Assembly: GCF_009914755.1 (NCBI RefSeq)
Contig: NC_060935.1
Direction: 5' to 3' (one strand)
Source of the DNA: the human T2T-CHM13v2.0 reference genome, Homo sapiens
DNA length: 64,000 nucleotides
In this document: positions 13,679 through 28,424 of the stretch, in pieces
Position numbering within the stretch: the stretch's first letter is position 1
How the letters are laid out: each line of letters starts with the position of its first letter
The notes under the pieces: generated by a model
What the model was told of the DNA's origin: nothing
Databases searched by the model: none
Seen by the model: the letters and a program-made list of their open reading frames with translations, nothing else
Translations under genes and position numbers: made by a program

Positions 13679-15632
13679 CTCCCTCTCCCTCTCCCTCTCC
13701 CCCTCCCTCTCCCCCTCCCCCTCCCTCTCTTGCCACGGTCTCCCTCTGATGCCGAGCCGAAGCTGGACTGTACTGCTGCCATCTCGGCTCACTGCAACCT
13801 CCCTGCCTGATTCTCCTGCCTCAGCCTGCCAAGTGCCTGCGATTGCAGGCGCGCGCCACCACGCCTGACTGGTTTTCGTATTTTTTTGGTGGAGACGGGG
13901 TTTCGCTGTGTTGGCTGGGCTGGTCTCCAGCTCCTAACCGCGAGTGATCCGCCAGCCTCGGCCTCCCGAGGTGCCGGGATGGCAGACAGAGTTGCGTTCA
14001 CTCAGTGCTCAATGGTGCCCAGGCTGGAGTGCAGTGGCGTGATCTCGGCTCGCTACAACCTCCACCTCCCAGCTGCCTGCCTTGGCCCCCCAAAGTGCCG
14101 AGATTGCAGCCTCTGCCCGGCCGCCACCCCGTCTGGGAAGTGAGGAGCGTCTCTGCCTGGCCGCCCATCGTCTGGGATGTGAGGAGCCTCTCTGCCTGGC
14201 TGCCCAGTCTGGAAAGTGAGGAGTGTCTCTGCCCGGCCCCCATCCCATCTAGGAAGTGAGGAGCGTCTCTGCCTGGCCGCCCATCGTCTGAGATGTGGGG
14301 AGCGCCTCTGCCCTGCCGCCCCGTCTGGGATGTGAGGAGCGTCTCTGCCCGGCCGCCCCGTCTGAGAAGTGAGGAGACCCTCTGCCTGGCAACTGCCCCG
14401 TCTGAGAAGTGAGAAGCCCCTCCGCCCGGCAGCCACCCCGTCTGGGAAGTGAGGAGCGTCTCCGCCCGGCAGCCACCCCGTCCGGGAGGGAGGTGGGGGT
14501 CAGCCCCCCCGCCCGGCCAGCCGCCCCGTCCGGGAGGGAGGTGGGGGGGTCAGCCCCCCGCCCGGCCAGCCGCCCCGTCCGGGAGGTGAGGGGCGCCTCT
14601 ACCCGGCCGCCCCTACTGGGAAGTGAGGAGCCCCTCTGCCCGGCCAGCCGCCCCGTCCGGGAAGGAGGTGGGGGGGTCAGCCCCCCGCCCTGCCAGCCGC
14701 CCCGTCCGGGAGGTGAGGGGCGCCTCTGCCCGGCCGCCTCTACTGGGAAGAGAGGAGCCCCTCTGCCCGGCCAGCCGCCCCGTCCGGGAGGGAGGTGGGG
14801 GTGTCAGCCCCCCGCCTGGCCAGCCGCCCCGTCCGGGAGGGAGGTGGGGGGGTCAGCCCCCCGCCCGGCCAGCTGCCCCATCTGGGAGGGAGGTGGGGGG
14901 GTCAGCCCCCCGCCCGGCCAGCTGCCCCGTCCGGGAGGGAGGTGGGGGGGTCAGCCTCCCACCCGGCCAGCCGCCCCGTCCGGGAGGGAGGTGGGGGGGG
15001 TCAGCCCCCCGCCCGGCCAGCCGCCCCATCCGGGAGGTGAGGGGTGCCTCTGCCCGGCCACCCCTACTGGGAAGTGAGGAGCCTCTCTGCCCGGCCACCA
15101 CCCCGTCTGGGAGGTGTACTCAACAGCTCATTGAGAACAGGCCATGATGACAATGGCGGTTTTGTGGAATAGAAAGGGGGAAAAAGTGGGGAAAAGATTG
15201 AGAAATCGGATGGTTGCCGTGTCTGTGTAGAAAGAGGTAGACATGGGAGACTTTTCATTTTGTTCTGTACTAAGAAAAATTCTTCTGCCTTGGGATCCTG
15301 TTAATCTGTGACCTTACCCCCAACCCTGTGCTCTCTGAAACATGTGCTGTGTCCACTCAGGGTTGAATGGATTAAGGGTGGTGCAAGATGTGCTTTGTTA
15401 AACAGATGCTTGAAGGCAGCATGCTCGTTAAGAGTCATCGCCACTCCCTAATCTCAAGTACCCAGGGACACAAACACTGCGGAAGGCTGCAGGGTCCTCT
15501 GCCTAGGAAAACCAGAGACCTTTGTTCACTTGTTTATCTGCTGACCTTCCCTCCACTATTGTCCTGTGACCCTGCTAAATCTCCCTCTGCGAGAAACACC
15601 CAAGAATGATCAATAAAAAAAAAAAAAAAAAA
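13679..15632 (+). mobile_element. Full-length SVA retrotransposon (SVA_D-F class)
   Basis: (CCCTCT)n 13679-13729, antisense Alu-like ~13730-14110, GC-rich VNTR ~14111-15110, SINE-R ~15115-15612, AATAAA at 15612, poly(A); perfect TSD AAAGTGTTGGAGG at 13666-13678 and 15633-15645. Confidence 0.98.
14111..15110 (+). repeat. SVA VNTR (~35-50 bp GC-rich units)
   Basis: Repeated GCCCGGCCAGCCGCCCCGTCCGGGAGGGAGGTGGGGGGGTCAGCCCCCC units. Confidence 0.95.
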
Positions 15633-16387
15633 AAAGTGTTGGAGGTTAGGACTTCAACACAGGAATTTAGGAGAGAACAAAATTCAGCCCATAACACCAG
15701 GTAAATAGCCAAATGAATGGGTGCTGGTGAGAAGCACCAAGACCTAAATTCTTATTCAGACTCAGTCACTGCTCAGCCTCCTGATCACACTCCAACTCAA
15801 GTTGTCACCCATAAAATCAGAATAATGTCACCCTGTGCACTTACCTCCCTGGATTATTTTGAATATCAAATGTCCGATGAAAGTAAGAACTGCTACATGG
15901 CAGCAAGGCTTTGCTTTTAGATAATCCATCAGTGATAAGAGATGGCAAACTTTTTGTATGTTTCTCATAACCTTTTCTCTCTTTATAGGAGTAATATACA
16001 CCCATTGTCCATCCTTTTCATACCATATAATTGAAATTATCCTGTAAAGAGCTATATAAGCTGCTTCTACATATCATAGTATATTGTATATTGGTTTCCT
16101 CAGGCTGCATAAATTACTACAGCTTTGGTGGCTTAAAAAAACAGACAGTTATTCTCGTACAGTTCAGAAGAGAAGTCCAAATCAAGGCATCAGCAGGGTT
16201 TGTTCCTTCTGCGGACCCTGAGGGAAAATTCACTGCATACCTTTCTCCTAGGTTCTGGCAGCTTCCAGCAATCCTTGGCATTTCTTGGCTTGTAGACGCA
16301 TCCCTGCAATCTCTGCTTCCGTCTTCACCTGGCATTCTCCCCGGAGTCCCAAGATTTCTTGTCTCTGTGTCCCAAATTTCCCTCTAC

Positions 16388-17056
<669 letters not shown>

Positions 17057-17345
17057 CCTCTATTTACTTTTAAAAGGACACCAGTCATTTGACTTAGGGT
17101 CAAGTCTAAATGCAAGATGATCTCATCTAAAGTTCCTTAATTCAATTACATCTGCAGAGACCCCATTTTCCAAATAAAGTCATATTCACAGGCACCAGGG
17201 GTTAGAACATGGACATAACTTTTGAGGGACACAGTTCAACCCCCTACACATAGTATCATGTACACATTCTCAAGTTATTAACAATTCCTAAAACAATCAG
17301 TGTTTCAGAATATCTCCTCATGGGGCTGTGGTATGATGTATCTGA

Positions 17346-17808
<463 letters not shown>

Positions 17809-19467
17809 AGATTGTTTTCATTGTTTCTGTTTTTCTTATTAAATAAATGTTATATATCTAGCATAGGGATTTTAGAAAAGGAGCCCAGTGATGGTCCTCT
17901 CCTTGGTTCTCAACCCTGTGATCTTTGTGTTTTAACCCCTGCCCTGTCACTTTAGGGGTCTGGAAGCGGGAAGGAGACATCTGCGAGTGCTCAGATGACT
18001 ATCTCGATACACTCAGGGTGTATTTTCTGGGGTGACTGTAGGGGCATCTCGGTTCATTTGGTGGCAAATCCAACTTTTCTATTCCCTAACGAGGACTTTG
18101 CTGCCTTTATGATTTTTCTCTCACTGCCTGCTTTTGGAAAAATCTTCTGACAGTTATATTTACCAGTAGAACTAGAAGGGAATGCTTCAGTCTATCCTGT
18201 GTTTAGAGTCATGGAGTTGGAGGAGGTTTGGGTGGGAATCTGAGTGACAGCCAAGGAGAAGGAGATAGGGCCGTCTTGGGGTTTTCTGCAGTCTCAGACT
18301 CTGGGTCTTTGTATGACCCTTGGGAACATGAAGCAGCCAGGGAATGGAGCCAGGACCACTTTACCCCAGCAAGACTCCCAAGCTATATCTTCAAAGGTCT
18401 GAGGGACATGGTGCATTCACTTGTCTTCTGCTACCCACAGATGACCAGCTCTGTGAAGGAGGCATCCCCTGGCTTGGGTAGGCAGAAAGTGTTGGAAAGG
18501 AATTGAAGTAACATTTCAGTTTGAAGGTTTTGTAACAGATGGTGGTGGCAGCTGCTCTAGGAGAGACAAATGAAGTTAGTGAAATGGTCCTTCATTCAGT
18601 CTACCTTGTGCATCCATCCATTTAGCCAACTGTGTTGATACGTATGATGAACCAGGCCCCATGTCGCACACTGGGATGATAAAGAGAGAACACCTGGCCA
18701 CAGCGTCTGGAAACTCCTTATCTAAGAAGAGGGACAGACTCATGCCCACATGATGAGTTCTGTTGAGTACCAAGGTAGCAGAAAAGGGGAGCTTTGAACT
18801 CCATTTGGGAGTAGCCAGGGAAGATGGCCTTTCTGCAAGATTCTTGAGGGAATGATCAGGCACTCAGGCCTGGGAGGGGAGAAGACATCAGACGTCAGGG
18901 GATGGTCAGATGCCTGTGCAGAAGGTAAAATGAAATCTGTCAGATAAAATCTACAAAAGAATAGCGGTTGGAGAGTTGTGGGCACAACAAATGCAAAGAC
19001 CATCCTGGATAAAGTTAAGTTGGCAGGAAGCAAGAGAAAAAGGGGAAAGAAAGTATCAGTATGCAGTCGCTAGAAAGGATAGGACAAAATAACCCAACTT
19101 GGAAGGCCCCAGAAAGACAAATGATTCAAGAAGCACCGTCTGTGTCTGAGACGCTGTCCCTGCACAGCAGTGTCGTCCAGCTGGTGAGAGATGAGGATGA
19201 GAGGGAGTTTGAATCTGTTCGCTGCTCCTATCTACCTGTTGAAAATGTCAGAGCTGTGAGTCTGCTTCTGGGCTGGTGGCCAGGGTCTGTGGCTCCCAGC
19301 GCTGTAGTGTCCTGCCACGTTTGTCTCAGTTGGTAATTGGGTAGAAAACCATCTCCTGGGGCTTGGTGACCAGGGTATGAGGGCACTGAACACAGTGCCA
19401 GAGCTTCCAGAAGTGCTGGGGCAGGTGCATCCCTTGCTGACTTGGGGCCCCATTGAGGCTCTGCGTC

Positions 19468-19549
19468 TGTTCCTCATGACTCATGAATGTGTTCCTCATG
19501 ACTGTTCCTCATGACTCATGTTCCTCATGACTCATGACTCATGAATGTG
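19468..19549. repeat. Irregular tandem repeat of TGTTCCTCATGAC(TCA) containing four TGACTCA sites
   Basis: Direct reading; TGACTCA at 19477, 19512, 19528, 19535. Confidence 0.9.
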
Positions 19550-19775
19550 GCTGAATTGAGGGCTAAAGCCCTGGGTCTCTCTTACAGCATTGCTTTGGCA
19601 TTCACCAGGCCAGGGCAGGCGTGAACGGTGGAATAGGGAGTGTGGTAGGATGAGGTGGAAGGTGGGGTGTCCTTTTTCATTCCCCAAAACAGCTTTCTTG
19701 AACTATCCACCAGGCTGCAGGGGGTATCGTTTACCTGGGGACTGTGTGGTGTCCCATCTCTAGGGAAGAACCATG

Positions 19776-19789
19776 TTGCCTCCTAGTGG
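19776..19789 (-). promoter_or_regulatory. Candidate CTCF motif
   Basis: Minus strand CCACTAGGAGGCAA, 12/14 to CCASYAGRKGGCRS. Confidence 0.4.
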
Positions 19790-19885
19790 CTGTGTCTGTC
19801 TTGGACACCGGTATCTGAGAACTGAGAACAATATTTGTTCCATAAATGAGGCATGAATATTACTCTTTAAAGATTCCCTGTTGAA

Positions 19886-20509
<624 letters not shown>

Positions 20510-20954
20510 CTAATGAGCCTTCCTGACCTCCAGTCCTTGTCACTGAAAGCCCAGTCCTGCTTGTCTTGCTGTCTGTGTTCAAACACACAATAGCCCCTCA
20601 TTGCCAGTAGCATAAAGCTGAATCTCTTACTGGACATGGAAAGTTCTCCGAGGTCTGATCTGTTCACCACATGCACCCATAGGCACCTCTGAACAATCCT
20701 TGGTTTCCCACCTTTCAGGCACACTTTTCTGTCTGTCTAGAACGCCCTCACCAGTCTAGCCAGGCCAGAGGTTTCCAATTGTTCAAATTGTAATTCACAT
20801 GGTGCTGTTTCAGTGAATCATGCTCATATCTGGGAATGACCTGAATTCTATCCCAGCTCTGATGTACCCACATGGTAACATTAGAGACAGTCATAATAGC
20901 AGCTACTGTGTATTGAGCACTTACTACACAATACACAGTATTGTGTAGTAAGAT

Positions 20955-21030
20955 GGGCCAGGGGTGCACATCGCAAAACTTCAGGGGGTGCCATTTACAT
21001 CGAATACAGAAGAGAGGCACTGCTGGCCAC
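20955..21030. mobile_element. MER91-like remnant inside a MIR (~20905-21190)
   Basis: GTGCACATCGCAAAACTTCAGGGGGTGCCATTTACATCG resembles the MER91A arm. Confidence 0.45.
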
Positions 21031-22369
21031 TGTGCCAAGACCTTCATATAGATAATCTCAGCCCTAACAGTTGGACTCTGTTACCGCCATTTTACGAAGA
21101 AGGAAACTAAGGCTACAAATGTTAAGTTTCTTGCCCAGGGCCACATAGCTAGTAAACAATTGGGCTGGGCTGTGGTCAACTCAGGTCTCTTTCCAAAGCC
21201 CATGGTCTTTCCATGGCACTCCGCTCCCTCCTTAATAGATGCTAAGTTCCGTGAGGGCGGGATCCCACTTTGAATTGTTTTTAGTCTTCCACCTCCTCCA
21301 TTGAGCTTGATAAATGTATATTGGTCAAAATCCCCAATCCTGTCTAGTGCCAGTTACACATCAGTGTCTGTAGTAGAGACCCTGGCGCTAGCATGAATTC
21401 TACCAAGCAGGCTAGACTTTACAATCAATCAATAGAATAAAAGGAAGGAAAATAAACAGTTCCTCCCAGCCCACTGAGTACTATTGTCTTGTCTCTTAGT
21501 ACCACTACAAGGAAATGCTAGATCATGAGCTGGGGCTACCAGAGAGCTTCATAGACTTGACCCCAACACTTTAGCTGGATGACTTGGAGAAAATTACCCC
21601 AAAGTGTCTGCAGTGACTTCTGTGACCACCACCAGCTTCCCAAACCAGCCCATCCAACTCCCTTTTCCTGAGTGAGGTAAAAACTGGTAGAACCAAGGAA
21701 TGCTGAATTTCCAAACGCCTCCTAAGGGAACTGAAACCGCAAATTGGCCACTTGGCTGAGAAATGCTCTCTTTCCCTCCAACACACACTTTCCTTTTCCT
21801 TTAGCTAAAGAATCCATAGATGAGTCTCACTTTGTGATACACGTGCTCCTGAAAGCTGTGTGGAATTGAGTCATTTTCTAAATTCACCAGGGAATCTTTC
21901 CATTTTAAAGAAAATCTCTAGTCAGTTATAAAACCAGATGCTATCAGAGACAGAAAGACCATTAGAGGTTTATCTAATTCAGCTTTCGTCTCATTTTACA
22001 GATGAGAAAACCAGAGAGGTTAAGTGACTTGGCCACAGTCACACAGCTCGTTAGCGATAGGAATTGACCTTAAGTCAAACAGAGCCTTAGGTCCTCTGAT
22101 GCTGGTGCCAGTGCTTTCCCCTTTCCAAACCTCTTTCATAATGAAATCACCCAGCCCCTACCCGTGTCCCTATTCACTCCCACCAAAAAAATCCTCCATA
22201 TAGTCTGTTTTACAAATTCATCCATTCTTCTTTCAGGGAGGGTTTCATCTATACTTCTGGCTTTGTCTGCTTCCAACTCCCTTTGGCCATTTGCACAGAT
22301 CAGCTTTTCTAACAGAAAGGTGTGCAGAAAAAAGTTGAAATAGCAGGTCTGTTTTAGGATAAATAGTTG

Positions 22370-22552
22370 GGACGCTTGACAGCTTGCACCTGGTTTCCCC
22401 CAGACTTTACTCCATGCACCTTTTTCCATGCTATTTTTGCTCTGTAACCTTTTGCTCTAATACATTGTGCCTGTGAGTACAAGTATATGCTGAGTCCTGT
22501 GAGTCCTCTTAGCAAATCTTCACAATTGGGGTGCTCTTGGGGACCTCCAACA
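22370..22552 (+). mobile_element. MER21-like ERV LTR 3' fragment
   Basis: TATATGCTGAGTCCTGTGAGTCCTCTTAGCAAATC...GGTGCTCTTGGGGACCTCCAACA. Confidence 0.7.
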
Positions 22553-25159
22553 AAGAGGGAGAGGAAGCTTTCAGTCAAGGGTACAATCAAGCAGTCTCCT
22601 TTCTTAATTGAGGCAGGGATGATTAAGGTTTGTGGATGAATACTCTGAGGTCCTGCTCACCTGGGTTCCACTCCTGAATCTGCCATTTACCATGGATTTG
22701 TGGCAAGTTATTTTCTCACTCTGAGCCTCAGGATCTCCAACAAAGGGGTTAGTAACACTTAATGGCTTCGGGTTCTTGGAGGACGCCGAGAGATGCCCAG
22801 CATAGTGGGGGTGCTTGACCAGGATGTGCTCCATGGGCATAGGAACTCTGAGTTGTAGATGTGGTATCCCCACTTCTCAGAACAGGTCCTCCTGCAGCAA
22901 ATATTTGTTGAATGTATACTTCAGGAGTGAATAAATGCCACCTAACATTGCTGCAGAAAGCACTTGAGCCCAGGAGGGACCGGAGATTATTGTCAAGCAA
23001 GATGAGTAAATTCCATATAAGTTTCTGTCTGAGCACTGGCTGGCTCTGGTTGCTGTGGGAGAGAACTTTTAATTGAACACAGTTGGGGGTATCTCTGCTT
23101 TCCCAGACCTTTTGCTGGGTCAGTTGGCACCCTCCCTCTCTTAGGACATTGAGGCTTGTCTCTGGATTACCTTGGTTGATCTATTTCTGGATCTGTCTGT
23201 AAATTTGTCGTAAAGGTAGACCCTGTTACCAAGTACATGTTCTTAATTAGCAAGACACATTTTGAATGGCTAAGTGGAACATCCCTTTTTGCAATCCCAG
23301 TGACCCATTTCCCAAGTGCTCTCTTTTGGCCTTATTTTTTTCTGCTTCTTGAACAAAGGAGAAGGGAGGAATGCAGCTATGTGCATATTTATTTGCTCTA
23401 GTGGTGGGCAAATGTTTAAATTCCTGCCATTAGGGGGTTTCTCTAGCTTGCTTTGCTTGTTAATGTTTTTTTTTAACAGGATAAATCATGTGCAAGTGTC
23501 ATCGATAGACTAACAAGAGGTAGGCGGGCCATGGGAAAGTAGAATTTACCACCTCTCCAACAGTTCAAGGATACTGTTCTTCTAAGTTTTTAAACATTGG
23601 TTGGAATTGTGCCTTCAGTGGGGTGTGGGGGAGTTGGAGAGGCACCTTCATCCCAGACTGAAGGCCAGAAGCCTTGGGTTCCAGTTGTGTCTCAACCACT
23701 GAGTTGTCCCAGAGACTTTGGCATAAACCGCTTGACTTCCTCGGCCTCTGTTCTTCTTTTTGTAAAGAGATGAGTTCATCCAGAATGTTCTCTCGCATTC
23801 TGGCATTCTTAAAGAGTCCCAATTTTGAGCTCAGAGAATGCCACACCGACTGAAAGTAAGTCACACCTTTAAACATCTGGGGGACTTAAATTTGAAGAAT
23901 GTGCCCATGATACTACCACCACTGATGTACCCAGCCTGCGGGTGAGCCAGGACAGGTAAATGGTGACCCACTGTTAGTGTCCAAGAGATGACTAGACCCC
24001 AGGTGGCACAGCCTAGGGGCTCTTGGACCCCACTTATTCCCTTTGTACCCAAGTAGCTTTCCTAAAGCATGTTCCTTAGAACCCTAAATCCACAAGCAGC
24101 TCCGCCTGTGGTCACATGAATTTGGGAGGCACTTTCCCAATCTTAGAAATCACAACAGAGGTTTAGAGAAGTCGTAGGGAAAAGAAATTGTTTGTTGTTG
24201 TCTAACCTGTGTTTCCTGAACTTAATTGACCAAAAACCCCGTTATTTTCCCCCATTCCATACTGCCTGTAGCCTCCCATGCAAACCCATTTCAGAACCTG
24301 CAGCTGCAGTCAGTCTGGAGTCAGGTAACTTAATTAGGAATCTGTTTCATGTCTTATCATTCAGTTCCTATTGGTTAATTTTCTTGGAACTTATGTCAGA
24401 GGGACATCCATGTGCATCCTAATGACAGCCTCATTTGAGACAAAATTTTCCATCATGGACAAACCAACCACCAGGTGACCCCAGGCAGTCTCCCCTGGCC
24501 TCTACCACAAGTCCCTCTCCCAGGAGCTCATGCTGTCTTTAGGCCCAGTCCATCTGTCTGTCTGCTTCTCTCTCTCCCTTCCTGTCCTCTTTCCTTGGGC
24601 AGCTCCTCCTCTTCCCCATTTCCCTGTTTTCCACCCTCTCACCCTTGCCCTTACTTTGAATTCTGCTGGGAAGAGGATGGCCTTTTACCCCAGACCCACA
24701 ATCTTTCCAGTTCAGGCTGGTTCATTTGCCATCATTTGCTTTCTCATTGATTAGGAATTAATCAATGGCTGACAGTCTCCCCAGAGTGGATCACAGCTGT
24801 CTAGGAAATCTGCTGACCTAGAAAGATTTTCAGATGCTGTTAACAACCCACAGATCACGCTGTCAAGTATTTTCTTTCTTCAGCAGCTCTTGGCATGGCG
24901 AGCATGTGATTCTGCCCCTCTGCTCTGTGGCCTTTCAGTGACATTCATTATTTATCCGGGTCCTTTGAAGCTCTGCCTCAAAATGTTGCCAGAAATTCCA
25001 AATTATTTTCTTCCTTCTTGTTTAAAGAATTTCATCTAAAACTTTGTTTGGAGAGAGCCCGCTGAAGTCATAGTTATATTGACTTCCGCGTCTGTTCCCC
25101 AGCTCATCTTTGCTCCCTGTTTTCTCCCCACGCTGGCCTCCGTGCCTGGAACAAGTCAG

Positions 25160-25330
25160 ACTTGTGTTATTTCCCAGCTGTGTGACCTTGAGCAAGTGGC
25201 TTAATGTTTCTGAGCCTTAGTTTCTTCCTCTGTAAAATAAGGATAATAATACGTACTTCACAGACTAGTGGTAAGGATTAAATGAGACAATGAGAGAATG
25301 CAAAGCACTTAGCCTAGTTCAAGAACATAG
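25160..25330 (+). mobile_element. MIR
   Basis: GCTGTGTGACCTTGAGCAAGTGGCTTAA...TCTGTAAAATAAGGATAATAA. Confidence 0.8.
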
Positions 25331-25644
25331 TTATCCATCACTTTAGGATACAGCAGGGGCCTCTTGTTCACCCCTGTTATTCCCAGGGGTACCCGCCTGG
25401 CTCATAGTAGGTGCGCAGCAAGATTTTTTTCAATGGAAACTAGAGTGGGATGCGCCTATCTAGAAAATCCTCTGTTGGAGCCTAGTCTTGGTCCTTAAAA
25501 GTCCTGGGCCTGCCTTCCCCCTGCCTTTAAGAAGCTGAGCCAGCAATAGTAGCATGTGGCCACCTGCAGGGCTCTGTGGAGGAAAGAGCTTTGAGCTGGG
25601 AAATTATGTTCTTAGATGAGTCGTGTTCTGCCTCGCCATTTCTT

Positions 25645-25790
25645 TAGTGGTTCTCAATCCTAGTTGCACATTAGAATCACCCAGGGAGCAGTTTTTAGAG
25701 ACTCCATACAAGAGATTGACTCTGCTGATTCGAGGTAGAGCCTTGCGATGTGTCAGAAGTCCTTTGCTTTCGTTGAGAAGAACGTACTGA
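25645..25790. mobile_element. MER5-like DNA transposon remnant
   Basis: AGTGGTTCTCAATCCTAGTTGCACATTAGAATCACCCAGGGAGC. Confidence 0.7.
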
Positions 25791-27929
25791 GTGGAAATTG
25801 TATAACCTCATCAACAGTTAAGCACCTGAAGGGATAAAAAAGACCGCCAGTAGTTGGCAGTCTTGGTTGAGGCTTCAAGATTGAATCCAAAGCAGCTTGT
25901 GATTCCTTTGGAGTGGCACGATCCCCAACTGAAGAGCTGTTTGCACATACACATTGTCACTGCAAACTCAAAGCCCAAGTTTGTTCGTATAGCCAGCTCT
26001 GCCCAGCAGGACCCTGGGTAGGGCCAGGTGCCTTGGCAGAACATGGATGGGGCAGTACAGGGCCACTTGGATCAGGTCCACCCATTTGCCATTGTTAGCA
26101 TGAGCTGAAAGAAGTTGGGTCTCCCAAGGCAGTGCTGTCTCACTGCAGTAAACAGCAGTTTTCAGAAGATCTACGTCCTTGAAATATACACAGATTGGGT
26201 TTTGTTTGTTTACCCACACACAGCCTTCTCTTAGAGGGGAGTTAAGGTAAGGAAATGACTGTCTCAACACTCACACCCTGATGTGGCATTATTTGGCAAC
26301 AATAACTTCTTCATCATCCCCTCCCCTCCTCATGGCACCCACCCAGCTGGCAGAAAATGACAAAGAAGGAAGATCAGCATTCATCATCTTCAGCATGATA
26401 TGGTTTCAGAGATTTTTAGCATTTGATTTGTAACATTTCAGAAGGCAACATAAATCAAGCTGGTAATTTGTTTTGTCATGCCAAAAAAAAAGGAAAATCT
26501 GAATTCATTTGGGAGAACGTGTGTATGTCAGTCACTGCCTTTTCGGATCTGGTTGAAAAGCTGCAAATATTTTTCTCCACACAAAGTACATTCAGGTTTT
26601 GTTGATGATGTTGTTAGTACAGATCTCCTCTGGGGCACTGAGTAACCCTGGGGAGAGGATGGGAAACAGCGTAAGGGCTGTAATTTTCAGCCTGGAATAG
26701 AAGCAGCAATTTTAGGCAATTTAAACAATTCTATTAAGGGCAATCTTTTGGTCTCCTGCTGGAAAGAGAGGACCCCATTCAGAATGCTCCCAGTAATGCT
26801 GTAAGGGGCTGATGGGGTCTCCAGATTGTATACAGTTTCCTGCACCCCCGAAACCATCATAGAGGATCTCTGCCCCCTCATGCCTTTAAACGGGAACATT
26901 AATAATTTCCTGCTTAGTGCAGGATGTAGTCCAAAAACTCAAAATGAGTTGTCCAGATAAAGGGAGACCTCTGGGGGATGCCAGAAAAACTTGGTCTTGT
27001 CAGAAGAGAAAAACTTGAGAGGGAGTTAATTGAAGAGTTTCCCACATTGCAGCTTGTGAGTGGTTCTGTTGCACTTTTGTTGATTTTTAAAATTTCTTTT
27101 TATTTAGTCAGTTTTTAAAGTCCCAAATGAACCATGGGGTTCTTGGCCCAGAGAACAGATGAACATTGGTTAGGCCAGGGAGTTATTTTCCAGCAAACTG
27201 CCCATGAGTTAAACTCCACTCTGTGGATTGGGGGTCATGATAAGGGAAGGGAGCCCCTACTATTTTGCGGGTCTCTGTTTTGAGTGTCTTAAAATTCTAG
27301 TGGAGTAGGAGCCATTGGGACCATCACAGGAAGATGTAGCCCCTGGGTGGGAAGCAGGGTGTCTGTCTTTTGGAGGGAGCGGAGTGTCTCCATTTCAGTT
27401 GTTGCTGAGACAGGCAAGGTCTGGTGGTTGAGGAAACATCTTTTTCTCTCTGAGCCTCTTTTTGAGCTTAGATTATAAGGAATCTAGATCTGTCACGGGT
27501 AGATGCTTCCAGGTTCTGGGAGCAGAAGGCACTGCTACAAGGAGGCAAGTTGGGGACTCAGTAGAAGGTAACCTGTTGGTTAGTAGCTGTTAAGCAATTT
27601 GGACCCCAACCTACAATAAGAACTACTTTTATATCACAAATATACAGATAGGAAGTCATTCTACATTCAGCACACTGACGCAGGTATTTTTTAATACATT
27701 CTATTCCCTTCTTTTCGTTTTATGCTGGCCCTGACCCACTATGTTAGTTTCTGTACTTATTATACTATTTGGTTGAGACCTGATGTTGAAAAAACATTCC
27801 AGTGGGATAGTCTATGAAGATAGCCTCAGCACATGAGTTATGAGAGCTGCCTCAGCTGTGAGAGTTCCAGGCACGTCACTGTCCGGGGGTAATTCCCTTT
27901 GAGTTTCATTGAATTTTAAGGAAAAAGCC

Positions 27930-28385
27930 CCCTTGCTCTTCCTCAAATGCACCAAAGACTCTCTCACCCCAGGATCTTTGCACTTGCTGTTCTGTTCACT
28001 TAGAACACCTGTCTTCCATATACCCAAGGGTCCACCTTCAGCTCTTTATCAGGTGCCACCCTCTCAAGGAGAACCCCATCCCCATCCCCACCCCCTGTTT
28101 AAAATTGCAACCCATCACCAACCCCGCTCCCTCTTCGTTCCACTTACCATGTTCTGGGCTTTTTTTTTTTTTTTTTTTTTGCCACAGCATTTATTATCTT
28201 CTCCCAAACAATATACCCTATAACTTTTTATTATATCTACTCTCTGTCTCTGCCCACTACCATGTAAATTCTGTGAGGGCAGGAATTTCTGTTCTGTATA
28301 TCATCATATCCCATCAGCTGGAGCAGTGCCTGTGGTGTGACAGATGCTCACTGAAGACTTTGTGGAATGAATAAATGAATGAATT
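27930..28385 (+). mobile_element. L2 3' end
   Basis: TTTGCACTTGCTGTTC...TGTAAATTCTGTGAGGGCAGG...TGAATAAATGAATGAAT tail. Confidence 0.8.
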
Positions 28386-28424
28386 AATGCTGTTAAAATG
28401 ATAGCCTCTTCTTACTACAACTGT

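Larger units (their letters stand above)
13387..15696 (-). mobile_element. MLT1 (MaLR) LTR split by the SVA (13387-13678 and 15633-15696)
   Basis: TGTATTAGTT...AACAAAATACCACAGACTGGATGGCTTAAA...GGAAGTCCAAG; resumes TTAGGACTTCAACAC...AATTCAGCCCATAACA. Confidence 0.85.

Noticed and set aside
14111-15110. Repeat array superficially like CRISPR
   Set aside because: Tandem VNTR without unique spacers, in a eukaryotic SVA context, with no cas genes.
14409-15147. Longest ORFs (222 and 174 aa, Pro/Gly/Arg-rich)
   Set aside because: Translations of the GC-rich SVA VNTR, which lacks stop codons by composition; not genes.
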